Below, piece after piece: positions 10,180-19,270 of a stretch of 40,736 bases of DNA; the stretch's first letter is position 1, and every line of letters begins with the position of its first letter. The notes under the pieces are model-generated. The model searched no databases and had not been told where the DNA came from. It saw only the letters and a program-made list of their open reading frames with translations. The DNA is taken from positions 1 through 40,736 of the forward strand of contig JBIJBE010000034.1 in the NCBI GenBank assembly GCA_044345405.1, given 5' to 3'. Source of the DNA: Bdellovibrionota bacterium. GTDB lineage: Bacteria; Bdellovibrionota_C; UBA2361; OMII01. The translations under genes were made by a program, and so were the position numbers.

Positions 10180-10350
10180 GGAAGGGTTATAACAGGGTGG
10201 TGAAGGGTTCTTCCACGAGTTTTACAAAATATGGACGAGTCGACCAGTGAGCATTTTGCGTAAGAGGGCGGGCAATTTTAGGTCTTAAAAGTATGAGCCC
10301 GCGGTGCTAAGATACTGAACGCGCTCCACGTGCCCGCTATCACCCTTTAG

Positions 10351-12714
10351 ATGTGGTTCTTTCCGATGGACATGTCGTTCCACCATAGCTCCTCTCGTAA
10401 GACCGCGCCGGACGCGATCGTGGATCTGATCGAACGACGACAGGATGGCGAGGCGCGCCGTCTCATTCAGGTCTCGCCTCCCGTCGTGCAAGCGGAGGCG
10501 ATTCGAGAGTTGTTGTGGCGGGGAGATTCCGCCGGGTTTTTGTTAGCCAAAGAGATGTTGGACCTCGTTCGGTTGCCTCATGATGATCTGCGGACGGTTT
10601 TCGCGACCGCTGCTGAGGTGGGGCAGATCCCGATGTTGCGTGGCATTCTCAAAACCTCAGGTGACGCGGTCGACTCACGGACGCTACGACTGGCGTTCGA
10701 AGCGGCCCTCCACGAGAAGCGCGCGGAGGTCATCACCTTTCTCGGCGAAACGAAGCTGCTCTCACCAGAAACAAAATATAGGGCGATCCGACCTTCTATC
10801 TATCAAGCAGCCTCGGGTCCCGACCATACGGGAACTCCGCGGTGTGAGATGGGAACGGTCGAGGTCGTAATCACGGCCGCCTATCGAAACGAGATCGCGG
10901 ATCGACGGGAGCGGCGATCAAAGGAGATTACACGTGGAAGCGAGACGGACGCCCAAAAACGTGAGTGGCGAGTTGAGAGAAAATATAACCGATTAATCGC
11001 TGAGAGCGCGAAGAGGATACAGCTCTCGCTCCCGCCGATCGGGATCGATAGCCCCCTTCATGAGGTTGAACACCGTCGGGAAGTTAAGGAGCTTCTCATC
11101 GCGCAGTGTACACGGGAGTTGCATCGACAGAAGGCGCTCTCACTTCTTCGAGTGAAGAAGCACTCGGGGGGCGTCGCTTCGAAGCGGATTCGTCAGGTAT
11201 CCGAGTGGCGAGCAACAAATCCGACATCGCACCGCGAGAGCCCCTCATTCGCCGAAATACTGGAGGATGTTTTTGACCGTAATCGGGTTGCCCCGAGCGG
11301 AAAGCAGAACACATTTTCCGACCTTATCGATACGGTGCTCGGAGCGTGGGGGAGAGGCAGGGCGCCACTCTCTCGGGAAGGGCTGTGTCAGTGGATCAAG
11401 ACGATTCATCCAGAGGGGAGAACACTCTCTAACGAAGTGATGTACTCGTGGAAAAATCATCCCGAGCATGGTCCGAATCAGGCTTCGGTGCAAACCTTGG
11501 TCGAAGCTTTTAAGCTCGATAAAACTCACGAGCTCATGATATGGCGAATCGCGCGGGGGGAACCACCCCTTGAGCGGGAGGGCTTGATCGATGAAGCGGA
11601 GCGAACGATTCGCACCCCCGAGGAGCGGGAGTCTCGCGCCCGTTTGTTCTCAACGTTAATTGAAAGCTCCGGTATTCCCCTTGTTCGATTTCAGGAGCTC
11701 CTTGGGGTGTGTCAGATATCGCTCTGGAAGCGTGGACAGAGTATCGCTGACCCTGATGTGTGCGCGCGGTTCGTTCGCCTCGTGAATCCCCCCGCCCTGT
11801 ACCGTGCTCATGAGCGCGAGTCGGTCCAATCCGTTAATAAACGAATGGAGGCGTTTCTCGGCGCTCGACCATCGACGATCTTTGACGCGGTGTTCGCGGC
11901 CGAAAGGGCGGGTACCGTGAATCCCAGCGGAACCCTTCTGGAGCTCCTTACCGGTAGGAGAGGTATACGGCCCATGAAGTACGCGCAAGGCGCGACCCTT
12001 ATCGGGGTGACTGAGTCGACGTTTCGCCATATGCGGGCCTCCTCAGATCGGCGTGGTGCCTCCATTAGCGAGGAACAAGCAACGAAAATCACGGATTGGG
12101 CCCAGCGAGTCACTCCGGAGACGAGGAGCCTTTTAAGCGTCGTGGAGCGAGCGGAGCGTAGAGTCGCCATTGATCATCTTACCGGGATCCCCTCACCGAT
12201 AGCTCTTTTGGTTAAGCTTCGTCAGGGTGAGTTAGCTCACGCTGGAGAGGTCGTCCGACTCACACGTGTGCGTCGCGGCGCCTATCAGTGGCAGGGGTTG
12301 AGTGACTTCGAGTTGGGAAAAGCTCACGTCTCGATTCCGGTCGCGCAAAAACTCGCCGATTGGCTCGGCTTTGTGGGCCCTGATCATTTCGAGGCGCGAC
12401 GAACCTTCATCTGTTTCGCGACAGGAGTCGATCAATCTCAAACCGCCGATCAGATATTCGATCAGGTGTTGAAGGGCGAAATTCCTCGGTACATCGCTCT
12501 GCGCAGACTCTTCGATCTCACGGGGAAAACGAGGGACCAGATATCGAAGACCCTATCGTTTTCAAAAACGAGCGCTCGCATTATGGGCACCGAGTCCTCT
12601 GATGGGCGGATCTCCCCGTCTCGTCGCGCGATAGCTGTGGCGCGTGAGGTGGGGTTGTTGCATCGGAGTGATCAGTTTGTGGAGGTCTTTACTCCTCGGG
12701 GGTGGGATCCCTAG
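10351..12714 (+). CDS. large hypothetical protein: N-terminal ankyrin-like helical repeats and several degenerate XRE/Cro-like HTH units
   Basis: 787-aa ORF. AAEVGQIPMLRGIL and AALHEKRAEVITFL are ankyrin-like. HTH-like segments include YAQGATLIGVTESTF, LSDFELGKAHVSIPVAQKLADWLG and LTGKTRDQISKTLSFS. Confidence 0.6.
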   Translation: MWFFPMDMSFHHSSSRKTAPDAIVDLIERRQDGEARRLIQVSPPVVQAEAIRELLWRGDSAGFLLAKEMLDLVRLPHDDLRTVFATAAEVGQIPMLRGILKTSGDAVDSRTLRLAFEAALHEKRAEVITFLGETKLLSPETKYRAIRPSIYQAASGPDHTGTPRCEMGTVEVVITAAYRNEIADRRERRSKEITRGSETDAQKREWRVERKYNRLIAESAKRIQLSLPPIGIDSPLHEVEHRREVKELLIAQCTRELHRQKALSLLRVKKHSGGVASKRIRQVSEWRATNPTSHRESPSFAEILEDVFDRNRVAPSGKQNTFSDLIDTVLGAWGRGRAPLSREGLCQWIKTIHPEGRTLSNEVMYSWKNHPEHGPNQASVQTLVEAFKLDKTHELMIWRIARGEPPLEREGLIDEAERTIRTPEERESRARLFSTLIESSGIPLVRFQELLGVCQISLWKRGQSIADPDVCARFVRLVNPPALYRAHERESVQSVNKRMEAFLGARPSTIFDAVFAAERAGTVNPSGTLLELLTGRRGIRPMKYAQGATLIGVTESTFRHMRASSDRRGASISEEQATKITDWAQRVTPETRSLLSVVERAERRVAIDHLTGIPSPIALLVKLRQGELAHAGEVVRLTRVRRGAYQWQGLSDFELGKAHVSIPVAQKLADWLGFVGPDHFEARRTFICFATGVDQSQTADQIFDQVLKGEIPRYIALRRLFDLTGKTRDQISKTLSFSKTSARIMGTESSDGRISPSRRAIAVAREVGLLHRSDQFVEVFTPRGWDP

Positions 12715-13053
12715 GACTTGGGAGCGGAGGCCGGTTGTAGCCCGGCATGCATACCGAAGAAGGGGAGCGGTAATTCCCGGAGCTTACCTCCGAAAAGAGG
12801 CGTTATTAACTGCGCAACCCGTGTGTATGCGAGTTGTGCCCTCTGATCATCGCGATTTCAATAACTCATCCAGCACAGGTACGAATCTCAGAGCGCGAGC
12901 GATAACGAAGCCGATCGTGCGCATGATGACGGGCCAATATATGCGCTAAGGTGCTGAAAGCAGTGTGAATGTAGAAAGATCTTGACAATGCCCCGCCCCA
13001 AAGGTGATTATACTGTAATAAACCGACAGTAAATAGCCGAGGGAGATTTCACC

Positions 13054-13797
13054 ATGAAAACCGCTACAGGCGTCGCGAAGATAGCTAATAAAAAATTGGC
13101 AGGGGTTATACGTTCGTCGGTCCGCGTACTCTTCGCCTCAGTTGTAATGGGAGGCGTTGCTGTTGGATTCACAGCATGCGGAGGAGGGAACAGCGATGAG
13201 GCTCGTGTTCGTGTTTTTCACGCGTCTCCTGACGCTCCCAATGTTGATGTTTTGATTGATGGTGGGCGGGTCTTAGAAAACGTACCATATTCAGCGGCAT
13301 CTGATTTCCTTGGTATCGACGCGGGGGATCGGAGAGTTCAGGTGAATGTAGCCGGTACTGATATCTCAGCTATAGATACTCACGCGGCATTCACCGAAGA
13401 TACCGATTACGTCATCGTTGCTGCGGATAAGGTAGCGAAGATCTCCCCTCTAGTATTTACCGCCGATCGAACAACACCAGAGAGTGGCTCAGCTCGGGTG
13501 CGTGTGCTGCACTCAGCGGCAAGCGCTCCGGCAGTAGACGTCTATGTAACAGCGGCAGACGCTGGGATAAGTAATGCGCAGCCGACACTTTCGGGGGTAC
13601 CATTTAAGGCTATCTCTGAGTATCTCACGGTTCCTGCCGGAACCTACGATGTCTTCGTAACGGTCGCTGGAACCAAGAATATCGCCATCCAGGCGAAGGG
13701 TCTTGTGATCGCCGACCAGCTGGTCGCTACCGTTGCGGCGCTCGACGCCAAGGGAGGAGGAGCACCGTTCACGTTGCAGGTTCTTGACGAGAGATAA
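13054..13797 (+). CDS. DUF4397-domain lipoprotein
   Basis: Lipobox-like FTAC-GGG. Two repeats: ARVRVFHASPDAPNVDV and ARVRVLHSAASAPAVDVY. GGGAG SD upstream. Confidence 0.9.
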   Translation: MKTATGVAKIANKKLAGVIRSSVRVLFASVVMGGVAVGFTACGGGNSDEARVRVFHASPDAPNVDVLIDGGRVLENVPYSAASDFLGIDAGDRRVQVNVAGTDISAIDTHAAFTEDTDYVIVAADKVAKISPLVFTADRTTPESGSARVRVLHSAASAPAVDVYVTAADAGISNAQPTLSGVPFKAISEYLTVPAGTYDVFVTVAGTKNIAIQAKGLVIADQLVATVAALDAKGGGAPFTLQVLDER

Positions 13798-13902
13798 AGA
13801 GGTGTAACCAGGACACGGAGGAACGGCCACTTTTCCCTCATGTCGATCAGGAAGTTAATGGGCGAATCGTTGGTAATTTCGCTTAAAAGGGACAGACGCA
13901 TT

Positions 13903-14823
13903 ATGAAAAATAAAAACCTAGCTCTTTATTGTGCCGCTCTAGCTGCACTCTGCGCTGTCGGTAACACCTCATACGCGGATGAGTACTCACGCGGTCGTGC
14001 GCAAGCTCGCCGCGAGTTGGAGCCTTATTTCAGAAAACAGGTGGTCATTCAAGGCACGCTGGAGAGCGCTTCGGGACCAGAGTGGAGCGAGAAGTTTTTC
14101 GGCACAAGGTTGTTTGGGTGCCCTGCTGAGGCGGCGGCTCCTGTAGAGGAGACAAAAGCGCTCTCATTTCGAACAGCAGGCCCTGGACCATGGGCAGGGG
14201 GTATCGATGGAATAAATATCTCCATCACCGCGCCTGATGGTACAGAAGGAGGGAGCTTGGCTGTTCCGTCCAATTCCACCGCTAGGCTCCCTGGGGAAGG
14301 TCGTGGGCCAGAGCTTCAGTTCTTCTTTGATCCCACTTTGAATGTGAGGCGCGCTTTGGTCGATGCTGCTGCCGCTGAGTTTGACCGGTGCTTTAGCCGT
14401 CTTGGGCCCGGAAGATATTCGCCTGGTGAATTGGAGCGGCTCTGCCCATACCGCCCCGTATCGCGTTCTGAGCAGAAGCAGACATGTGTAGTTGGCACGG
14501 ACGGAACCATTGGGGCTCCGTTGCCAGATGGTAGTGGATTTGAGGTTAAACTGCGCGAATCCACCATGTGTGATTTCGTTGGCTACGGAAAGAGTGGCGA
14601 TACGAACACCAGTTACACCACCTGTTTTTACAACGAGTACAAAGGTGTGGCTACGATCTCCTCGGAAGTTCTCGCGGCGACAGCGAGCCAGCGGCGGCTT
14701 CGGTCGGTTAAGAGCCTTATGACTAAGATGTGCGCCAAATCTAAGTCCGGGCGACGGATGCGCGGAGTTCAGGTAAAAGCTTGCGTTATGCGTCAGATGG
14801 CAAAGGTTATGGCGACCAAATAG
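13903..14823 (+). CDS. secreted Cys-containing hypothetical protein
   Basis: Signal peptide MKNKNLALYCAALAALCAVGNTSYA (start moved from 13840 to 13903); basic C-terminal tail with two Cys. Confidence 0.7.
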   Translation: MKNKNLALYCAALAALCAVGNTSYADEYSRGRAQARRELEPYFRKQVVIQGTLESASGPEWSEKFFGTRLFGCPAEAAAPVEETKALSFRTAGPGPWAGGIDGINISITAPDGTEGGSLAVPSNSTARLPGEGRGPELQFFFDPTLNVRRALVDAAAAEFDRCFSRLGPGRYSPGELERLCPYRPVSRSEQKQTCVVGTDGTIGAPLPDGSGFEVKLRESTMCDFVGYGKSGDTNTSYTTCFYNEYKGVATISSEVLAATASQRRLRSVKSLMTKMCAKSKSGRRMRGVQVKACVMRQMAKVMATK

Positions 14824-15034
14824 GCTGAAGGTGATGTAACCTACAAGGAGCAGTGAAGGAGTATGAAAATGGTCGAGATGCGCAACCGCCGATGTAGTTT
14901 TGCGCAGATGTCCATTTTCAGACCCGCAACTGCTTTTTTGTTGAACAAACTGTTACGTCCCGGTGCCCCCGTTGAGGGCCAGAACCTGGAACGCTCTACT
15001 TTTTGGCACAACGTGCCTTGTTCATTTGCGAAAA

Positions 15035-15496
15035 GTGGATAGGCCCCGAGCAAATCGCGCCTTCTCAGAAAATACCATCTACAAGCGCAATCCTCGGACG
15101 CGGGAGATCCTGCCCATGGCTCTAACCAAAACAGCTCATGAGAAAAAGCTCGGAATCCTTGGAAGAACTCAACGAGGTAGGAAGATGGAACTCTGTCACG
15201 TTGTTGACATGAACAACCATAGCCACACCGTAGCAGTATCCAATCGGTGCGAGACCCTTAGTAAGTTCTTCATGGAGCTTCAAAAGAGGACGACCGACGC
15301 CGGTAAAGCACTTCTTGGACAATGCTCCCTCTCTTTATGGGAGGATTGTCCCACGGTCGCCGAAGTCGCTACTTTACAGGACGCGATTAAACGCATGGTA
15401 TATATCCACAGTAACCCTTCAAGCGCATCGCTCTGCTCCGATGTCGGCCCATCCCTTCGTCCCGATCCTGCTTCGACCCGTATGAAAGGCTCATAA
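15035..15496 (+). pseudogene. degenerate/truncated Y1 HUH transposase (IS200/RAYT-like)
   Basis: PRANR N-terminus, HUH motif MNNHSH, SLWE, and MVYIHSNP carrying the catalytic Tyr (YI.xNP). ORF ends shortly after; no clean ATG. Confidence 0.7.
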
Positions 15497-15522
15497 TTCC
15501 ACTTAAAGAAGAAACGTGAGGT

Positions 15523-16677
15523 TTGTTTTTGACGCCCGGGGAATCCTTGTGCGAGGGTGATGACCTTAAAACAAAGGCCCAGACTGCACGAAGGGCAGTC
15601 ATGTTAGGAGCTCAGGTGACCATGGATGTAACCCCGAGTGAAGGCCCAAGGCCAGCCGTTTCCCCAACGCCCGATGAAGCCGGTGTTTCGAATCCCCAGC
15701 TATCATTGAAAGAGGCGACGCTACCGACAAGTCGACGCCATTTCTTTCGTAACCTAGCGTGTGATGGTGTTACGGCTGTTAGTACAGCGTACCTCGCAAG
15801 AGCTGCCGCGGCGTGTGTGAAAGTATCGGCTCCTGAGGTCGAAGGTGAGCAAGAAGCAGGTCCCGCGCCGTATCCCCATACGAACACTCGCACCACCTTT
15901 CCTTCGGGGCTCTCATTTCACAATCTTGGTGTGCAGCATACCGGACTGCAGTTCATGATGGTGCGGGACACTATCGAGCGGGCTATCCGTAGCAATGACG
16001 TCGTGCTTCTAGAGGGATGGGCGGGGCAGACCTACTTTGATTTCGTGTCCGCGATCGCGCACCAACGGGGGAAGGTAGTTCTTCGATTGGAGTCGGGAAA
16101 ATCACTGTTCCATGATGTGGGGATGTCGACGTCCGCCGTGCTTGCGGTATACGCCGCAGTTGGCAACATCTGGCATTTCCTGAAGCGGGGCCTTTCGGCT
16201 CTTCGAGATGTCGCGCCCTCAATCCGTAATCGTGGATATGGGGGTGGCTCGGCAGATGGTGATGAGGATGAGTTCGTTCAATATAACGGTCCATCGTCAG
16301 CTCGGACTCTCTTCACCGTGGGTGTCGCGCTCAACCACTATGCGTTCGGGTTTAGTGAGTCCGTTCGCCGATTTGATCTGAAGACGGGCGAGTATCCGAT
16401 TGAAGACAGCTCCTACACGATGGACGGTCGTACCGTTCTCATGCTCAAGGATATTGAAGGGTGCGTGACTGAATTTTCTAATCTTCGTGTTCTCGCGATA
16501 ACTGGTGATCTTCATGCCCGCGGATTTAGCTACTATACCAGTAGCCCGGAGCGGTATGCGGTCTATCAACACCGAACTACGTGGTATGAAACTCTCTATA
16601 GATCCTGGCTCGGCGGTAAGCCAAAGATAGAGTTCGATCCCGCGCTTACCGGGCGGGAGACGTCGCATGGAACGTAG
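15523..16677 (+). CDS. hypothetical protein, possible TraB/GumN/TIKI-like fold, with twin-arginine-like motif
   Basis: SRRHFF motif; LGVQH...DVVLLEG and DGRTVLM...LAITGDLHARG resemble TraB-family metal motifs. True start uncertain. Confidence 0.55.
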   Translation: MFLTPGESLCEGDDLKTKAQTARRAVMLGAQVTMDVTPSEGPRPAVSPTPDEAGVSNPQLSLKEATLPTSRRHFFRNLACDGVTAVSTAYLARAAAACVKVSAPEVEGEQEAGPAPYPHTNTRTTFPSGLSFHNLGVQHTGLQFMMVRDTIERAIRSNDVVLLEGWAGQTYFDFVSAIAHQRGKVVLRLESGKSLFHDVGMSTSAVLAVYAAVGNIWHFLKRGLSALRDVAPSIRNRGYGGGSADGDEDEFVQYNGPSSARTLFTVGVALNHYAFGFSESVRRFDLKTGEYPIEDSSYTMDGRTVLMLKDIEGCVTEFSNLRVLAITGDLHARGFSYYTSSPERYAVYQHRTTWYETLYRSWLGGKPKIEFDPALTGRETSHGT

Positions 16678-16694
16678 ATCGTCAGCGTAAGAGG

Positions 16695-16979
16695 TTATCT
16701 CCCATCTGCATCGTCGGTGGGACCCTTGTCAGGATCCTTCCGGTCATCTTCATTGTTCCCAAGCTCAGGGAGCTTGGCACGCATCGCCCTCAAGCGCTCT
16801 CCGAGGACCGTGGCGTCGTGCCAACAGAAGGAGAGATCCGGATTGTTCGCGAAGCGGCGCATCGTTTGTAAGGCTTCTCCGAAACTAGCGTCATCAAAGA
16901 CAAAGAGGTAACGCTCCCCCCCTCTCATAATACCGAGGACAGTAGCTTTGTTCTCCCCTTCGGGTGTTGCGCCGGTCAT
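16695..16979 (-). CDS. small conserved hypothetical protein
   Basis: VLGIMRGGERYLFVFDD...RFANNPDLSFCWHDATVL resembles a small protein family I recall from Planctomycetes. GGAG SD upstream. Confidence 0.7.
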   Translation of the reverse strand: MTGATPEGENKATVLGIMRGGERYLFVFDDASFGEALQTMRRFANNPDLSFCWHDATVLGERLRAMRAKLPELGNNEDDRKDPDKGPTDDADGR

Positions 16980-17116
16980 AATGTAGACTCCTCTGAGGGA
17001 AGTACGGTGAAAGCGTTCTCACTTCGTTGCCGGGGGGAGGGCGACTGGCTCGATGTTGGACGTTATAGAGGGGTACTGTGGTAAAAATCAATTGCAAAAT
17101 CGCGTCCCTCGGGGCG

Positions 17117-17629
17117 CTACCGTAAGAGGGCGTAGGCGATCGCCTCTCCGATCTCCGCCATCTCCGGATGTGGCGAGGCGCTTAGCTCGACAGCGAGGTT
17201 TCGGAGCACCTGACTGTAGCTGAGAACTACGCTCGCGCGGTTTTCGTCGAACTGGTGCGCCGCGCCGGGACGATGCGGCTGTTCGAAGCGGAGTAAGGTA
17301 TCGGCGATCATCATACGCACCTCAATGGGCCGAGGTTCCGAATTCGCGTCGAAATAGATCGCCGCGAGCTTTCGCTCAAAGGTCGAAAGTTCGAGAGTTT
17401 TAAAAGGACCTTCGAGAGCCTCGTCGTAGGTCGATGAAAGGTCTCGCACCGTACCGGCCGCCGCGAGGCGTTCTACGTTGACGTGTGGGAGGGAGTATCG
17501 TGGATGTCTCGCCGCGCTGCCGAGGTCGAGGAGCATGTCGAGCTCCGGGTATGCAAAGGAGGCGCCGGACCACGCATCGTGGTTAGGCCTATGGCTGTCA
17601 GGCGTGACGTTGTTGTGAGCCTTCGTCAT
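17117..17629 (-). CDS. hypothetical protein
   Basis: 170-aa ATG-start ORF with host-like codon usage, no motif. Confidence 0.6.
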   Translation of the reverse strand: MTKAHNNVTPDSHRPNHDAWSGASFAYPELDMLLDLGSAARHPRYSLPHVNVERLAAAGTVRDLSSTYDEALEGPFKTLELSTFERKLAAIYFDANSEPRPIEVRMMIADTLLRFEQPHRPGAAHQFDENRASVVLSYSQVLRNLAVELSASPHPEMAEIGEAIAYALLR

Positions 17630-17695
17630 GAGGAACGATAGTAAAAGCTCGCACTCGGATTCTCAACAAAAATCTAAACCCAGCTCCTCGCATTG

Positions 17696-17792
17696 GTAGG
17701 GCCCGACTCCTGGCGGGCCGTATGATAACGCCCTTTCAGATGAAAAAGCGATGTTGATCGAATGACACGGCTCGCCAGGAGTCGGGTCCTAC
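17696..17792. repeat. REP doublet (REPIN-like), copy 1
   Basis: GTAGGGCCCGACTCCTGGCGGGCCGT ... ACGGCTCGCCAGGAGTCGGGTCCTAC inverted arms; homologous to 33998-34093. Confidence 0.85.
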
Positions 17793-17801
17793 CGGGGTCT
17801 A

Positions 17802-18791
17802 TTAGGAGACCTTCATGAAGTAGGTCGCCGCCAGTATCGTGCCGAGGAGGTAGGCCACAAGTGCCACCAAGACGAAGGGCGCGTAAAGCTCCTCAACGAT
17901 CGTCTTATCCGGCTGCTCCTCCTCGGTTTCTGTCAGCTTCTCGATCTCTTTATACACCTGTTGGATACCCTCTTGGCTGCTCGCGTTGAAGTAGGAACCG
18001 CCCGTCATCGAAGCGATCTCTTTGAGGGTTTTCTCGTCGAAGTCAGCCATTGGGCCAAGAGGGGCTCCGAGCATCCCTCCAAGAGGTTGGTTAAAGATAG
18101 GGGCCGCCCCAACTCCGATACCGATCGTATGGATCTGAATGCCGAGATCCTTCGCGATGTGCGCGGCCTTGATAGGGCTTACCTGTCCCGCGGTGTTCAC
18201 TCCATCGGTCATAAGGATGATCGCTTTTGTTCCCTCTTTCACCTCTCGCAATCGTTTGAGGGCGAGTCCAAGACCATCACCGATGGCTGTGCCGTCTCCG
18301 GCCATCCGGGGTTGAATCGATTTGACCAACTCCTCGACGAGCGCCGTGTCGCTTGTGAGTGGGCTTTGGAGGTACGCGGTGTTGCCGAATACGACGAGCG
18401 CGAGTCGGTCTCGCGAGCGAGAACGCGCGTATTCCGCCACGGTGGCTTTCAATCCCTCCATGCGGGTCGTTTGTCCGAGCGAGGTCGGGAAGTCTCGAGC
18501 GGACATACTGTTCGAGGCGTCAACGACGAGCACGATATTTCGACTCGCTCGCTCCTGTTGAACGACCATAATCTTTTGGGGGCGTGCGGCAGCGATTGAG
18601 AGCCCCGCGATAGCGACAAAGATAAGTGTGTTGAGCACGGGCGCCCGGAGCTTCTGTCGCGCGCTCTTGGGCAGCGCTGCGAGGAACGAGGCGCTTGGGA
18701 ACGATACCGTTGATTTCGGTTCTCGTCGAAGGAACCGAATCGCGAGGTAGAGGAGTGGGGCCACTAAGAGCCAAGGATACGCGAAGGTCAT
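17802..18791 (-). CDS. batA: BatA-like VWA domain protein
   Basis: MTFAYPWLL, AAARPQ, VDASNSM, SPLTSD, GTAIGDGLGLA, ILMTDGVNTAG, IHTIGIG. Confidence 0.92.
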   Translation of the reverse strand: MTFAYPWLLVAPLLYLAIRFLRREPKSTVSFPSASFLAALPKSARQKLRAPVLNTLIFVAIAGLSIAAARPQKIMVVQQERASRNIVLVVDASNSMSARDFPTSLGQTTRMEGLKATVAEYARSRSRDRLALVVFGNTAYLQSPLTSDTALVEELVKSIQPRMAGDGTAIGDGLGLALKRLREVKEGTKAIILMTDGVNTAGQVSPIKAAHIAKDLGIQIHTIGIGVGAAPIFNQPLGGMLGAPLGPMADFDEKTLKEIASMTGGSYFNASSQEGIQQVYKEIEKLTETEEEQPDKTIVEELYAPFVLVALVAYLLGTILAATYFMKVS

Positions 18792-19270
18792 CGAGCCCTC
18801 ATCTGATTTCGGTACTCATCAATGAGGCTCGCGAGGGTCGCCGTCAGTTCGCGAGCGGCGGTGTCCCGTTGAGGTGACGATGGCGAATAGCCCAGCTCTT
18901 CGAACGACGCGACCGCTTCGATTACTCGTCGCAGGATCTGCGGAGTTTCTTCCTTGATAGAAGCGCGGAGTTCATCGCCGGTGAGCTCAAGCACGTTGCG
19001 TCCCGAGATGTGCGAGACGATACGGCGGGCGAGTCGAGAAGCCCGTTCGAGACTCATCTCGCCACGCATGTTCGTCGTGGTTTTAAGCTCCGCGATAAGT
19101 TTGTCGACGATCTTTAGGTCGCCCTTACTTCCTCGAGGAGTATTCCTTCTCCATATCGCCGCCGCCACAAGCGCGAGTATCACAAGGAGCGCCCCCCAGG
19201 TGGTTAGCCCCGGCACCCACGCGATGTGGGGGATATCGGTGATATCGTACGGTTCGGGTATCGGGGTCAT
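18788..19270 (-). CDS. DUF4381-like membrane protein of MoxR/Bat operons
   Basis: DI...P.IAW.PG followed by a TM helix, LTGDEL; between DUF58 and batA with 4-nt overlaps. Confidence 0.7.
   Translation of the reverse strand: MTPIPEPYDITDIPHIAWVPGLTTWGALLVILALVAAAIWRRNTPRGSKGDLKIVDKLIAELKTTTNMRGEMSLERASRLARRIVSHISGRNVLELTGDELRASIKEETPQILRRVIEAVASFEELGYSPSSPQRDTAARELTATLASLIDEYRNQMRAR

Noticed and set aside
12982-13014. Sigma70 promoter TTGACA...TATACT before the DUF4397 gene
   Set aside because: The spacer is 21 nt, too long for a canonical promoter; not supportable without transcript data.
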